From the IMG/VR virus record IMGVR_UViG_3300028914_000064, positions 62,092 to 126,091 of that record: DNA of 64,000 nt; one strand, given 5' to 3'. The DNA comes from a virus (Duplodnaviria > Caudoviricetes). Of the stretch, positions 63,479 to 64,000 are shown piece after piece. Numbering within the stretch: position 1 is the stretch's first letter; the number at the start of each line of letters is the position of its first letter. A program made the translations under genes and the position numbers. A model generated the notes under the pieces. That model saw only the letters and a list, made by a program, of their open reading frames with translations, was not told the origin of the DNA and made no database searches.

Positions 63479-64000
63479 ATGACTGAAAATATTGTAACAG
63501 GTAAAAAATATAGAATACTTACTGATGCTACTCAGGATATATGGGACAGAATATCTTTTTGGACAAAGGCATCTGACGTTTATTATGATGATAATTCTAA
63601 TGCTGAAGCAAATAGACCGATTGGAATTTTAAAGAGAGGTACAGCTTATGTCGTTGGTACAGTTGCTTATGAGATAACAGCTCCTTCTTGGGTAATGCTT
63701 AAATGCACAACAGCAGGAACAACTGCCGCAAGTACTCCAAGTACATATAAGACAATTTCTTCTTCCGGAACTGTTATTACGGATGGAACCGCTAAGTTTA
63801 CAGTTTATGATATAAGACCTACTACTACTCTTTCGACAAATGCATATTCTGTTCCAACAGTATCTTTGCTTAATACGCAAATTAGCAATTTGAGTCCTAA
63901 AGAAGTTTCTTCTACTAGTGGTTATACTATAAATCAAAATGTATGCTATACATTAGGAAAATTGGTAAATCTAAGCGTTGGAGTATTAGCTCCCGCTGGT
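63479..64000 (+). CDS. Tail-fibre/structural protein, truncated by window end (not in ORF track)
   Basis: MTENIVTGKKYRILTD...RISFWTKASDV...KCTTAGTTA; Thr/Ser-rich; AAAGGAG RBS; open to 64000. Confidence 0.7.
   Translation, partial: MTENIVTGKKYRILTDATQDIWDRISFWTKASDVYYDDNSNAEANRPIGILKRGTAYVVGTVAYEITAPSWVMLKCTTAGTTAASTPSTYKTISSSGTVITDGTAKFTVYDIRPTTTLSTNAYSVPTVSLLNTQISNLSPKEVSSTSGYTINQNVCYTLGKLVNLSVGVLAPAG

Larger units (their letters stand above)
1..64000. mobile_element. Segment of a large SPbeta-like temperate phage/prophage (both ends outside window)
   Basis: YonO-like RNAP followed by terminase-portal-head-tail genes in SPbeta-like order. The divergent early arm has the yopP/yopQ/yopR-like trio and a yorF/G/H/I-like replication block. 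No host housekeeping genes seen. Confidence 0.92.

Noticed and set aside
1-64000. CRISPR array or diversity-generating retroelement
   Set aside because: No regularly spaced direct repeats, reverse transcriptase or TR/VR pair noticed by eye

Overview
The window is an internal 64-kb slice of a large, AT-rich, SPbeta-like temperate siphophage, probably a prophage of a Clostridia/Lachnospiraceae-type host (inferred from AGGAGG RBSs, sigma-A promoters, gene families and an IS3 insertion). The minus-strand arm (1-42.5 kb) holds dozens of short accessory ORFs and a replication module (SSB-like, AAA ATPase, DnaB-like helicase). It also has an SPbeta-style repressor module (tyrosine recombinase, DGQHR/DndB-like protein, MrpR-like protein) and several toxin-antitoxin-type genes. 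The plus-strand arm (42.9-64 kb) has a YonO-like single-subunit RNA polymerase, a ClpP-like protease, terminase, portal, head, tail, resolvase and holin-like genes. The standout feature is a ~1.17-kb GC-elevated, helix-dense region at 40.80-41.97 kb with no credible ORF. It looks like a giant structured non-coding RNA on the minus strand, bracketed at both ends by minimal D-arm-less tRNA mimics (acceptor stem plus GGTTCGATTCC T-arm) that could be RNase Z/RNase P processing signals. All family assignments come from motif recognition and gene order by eye; no database searches were run.
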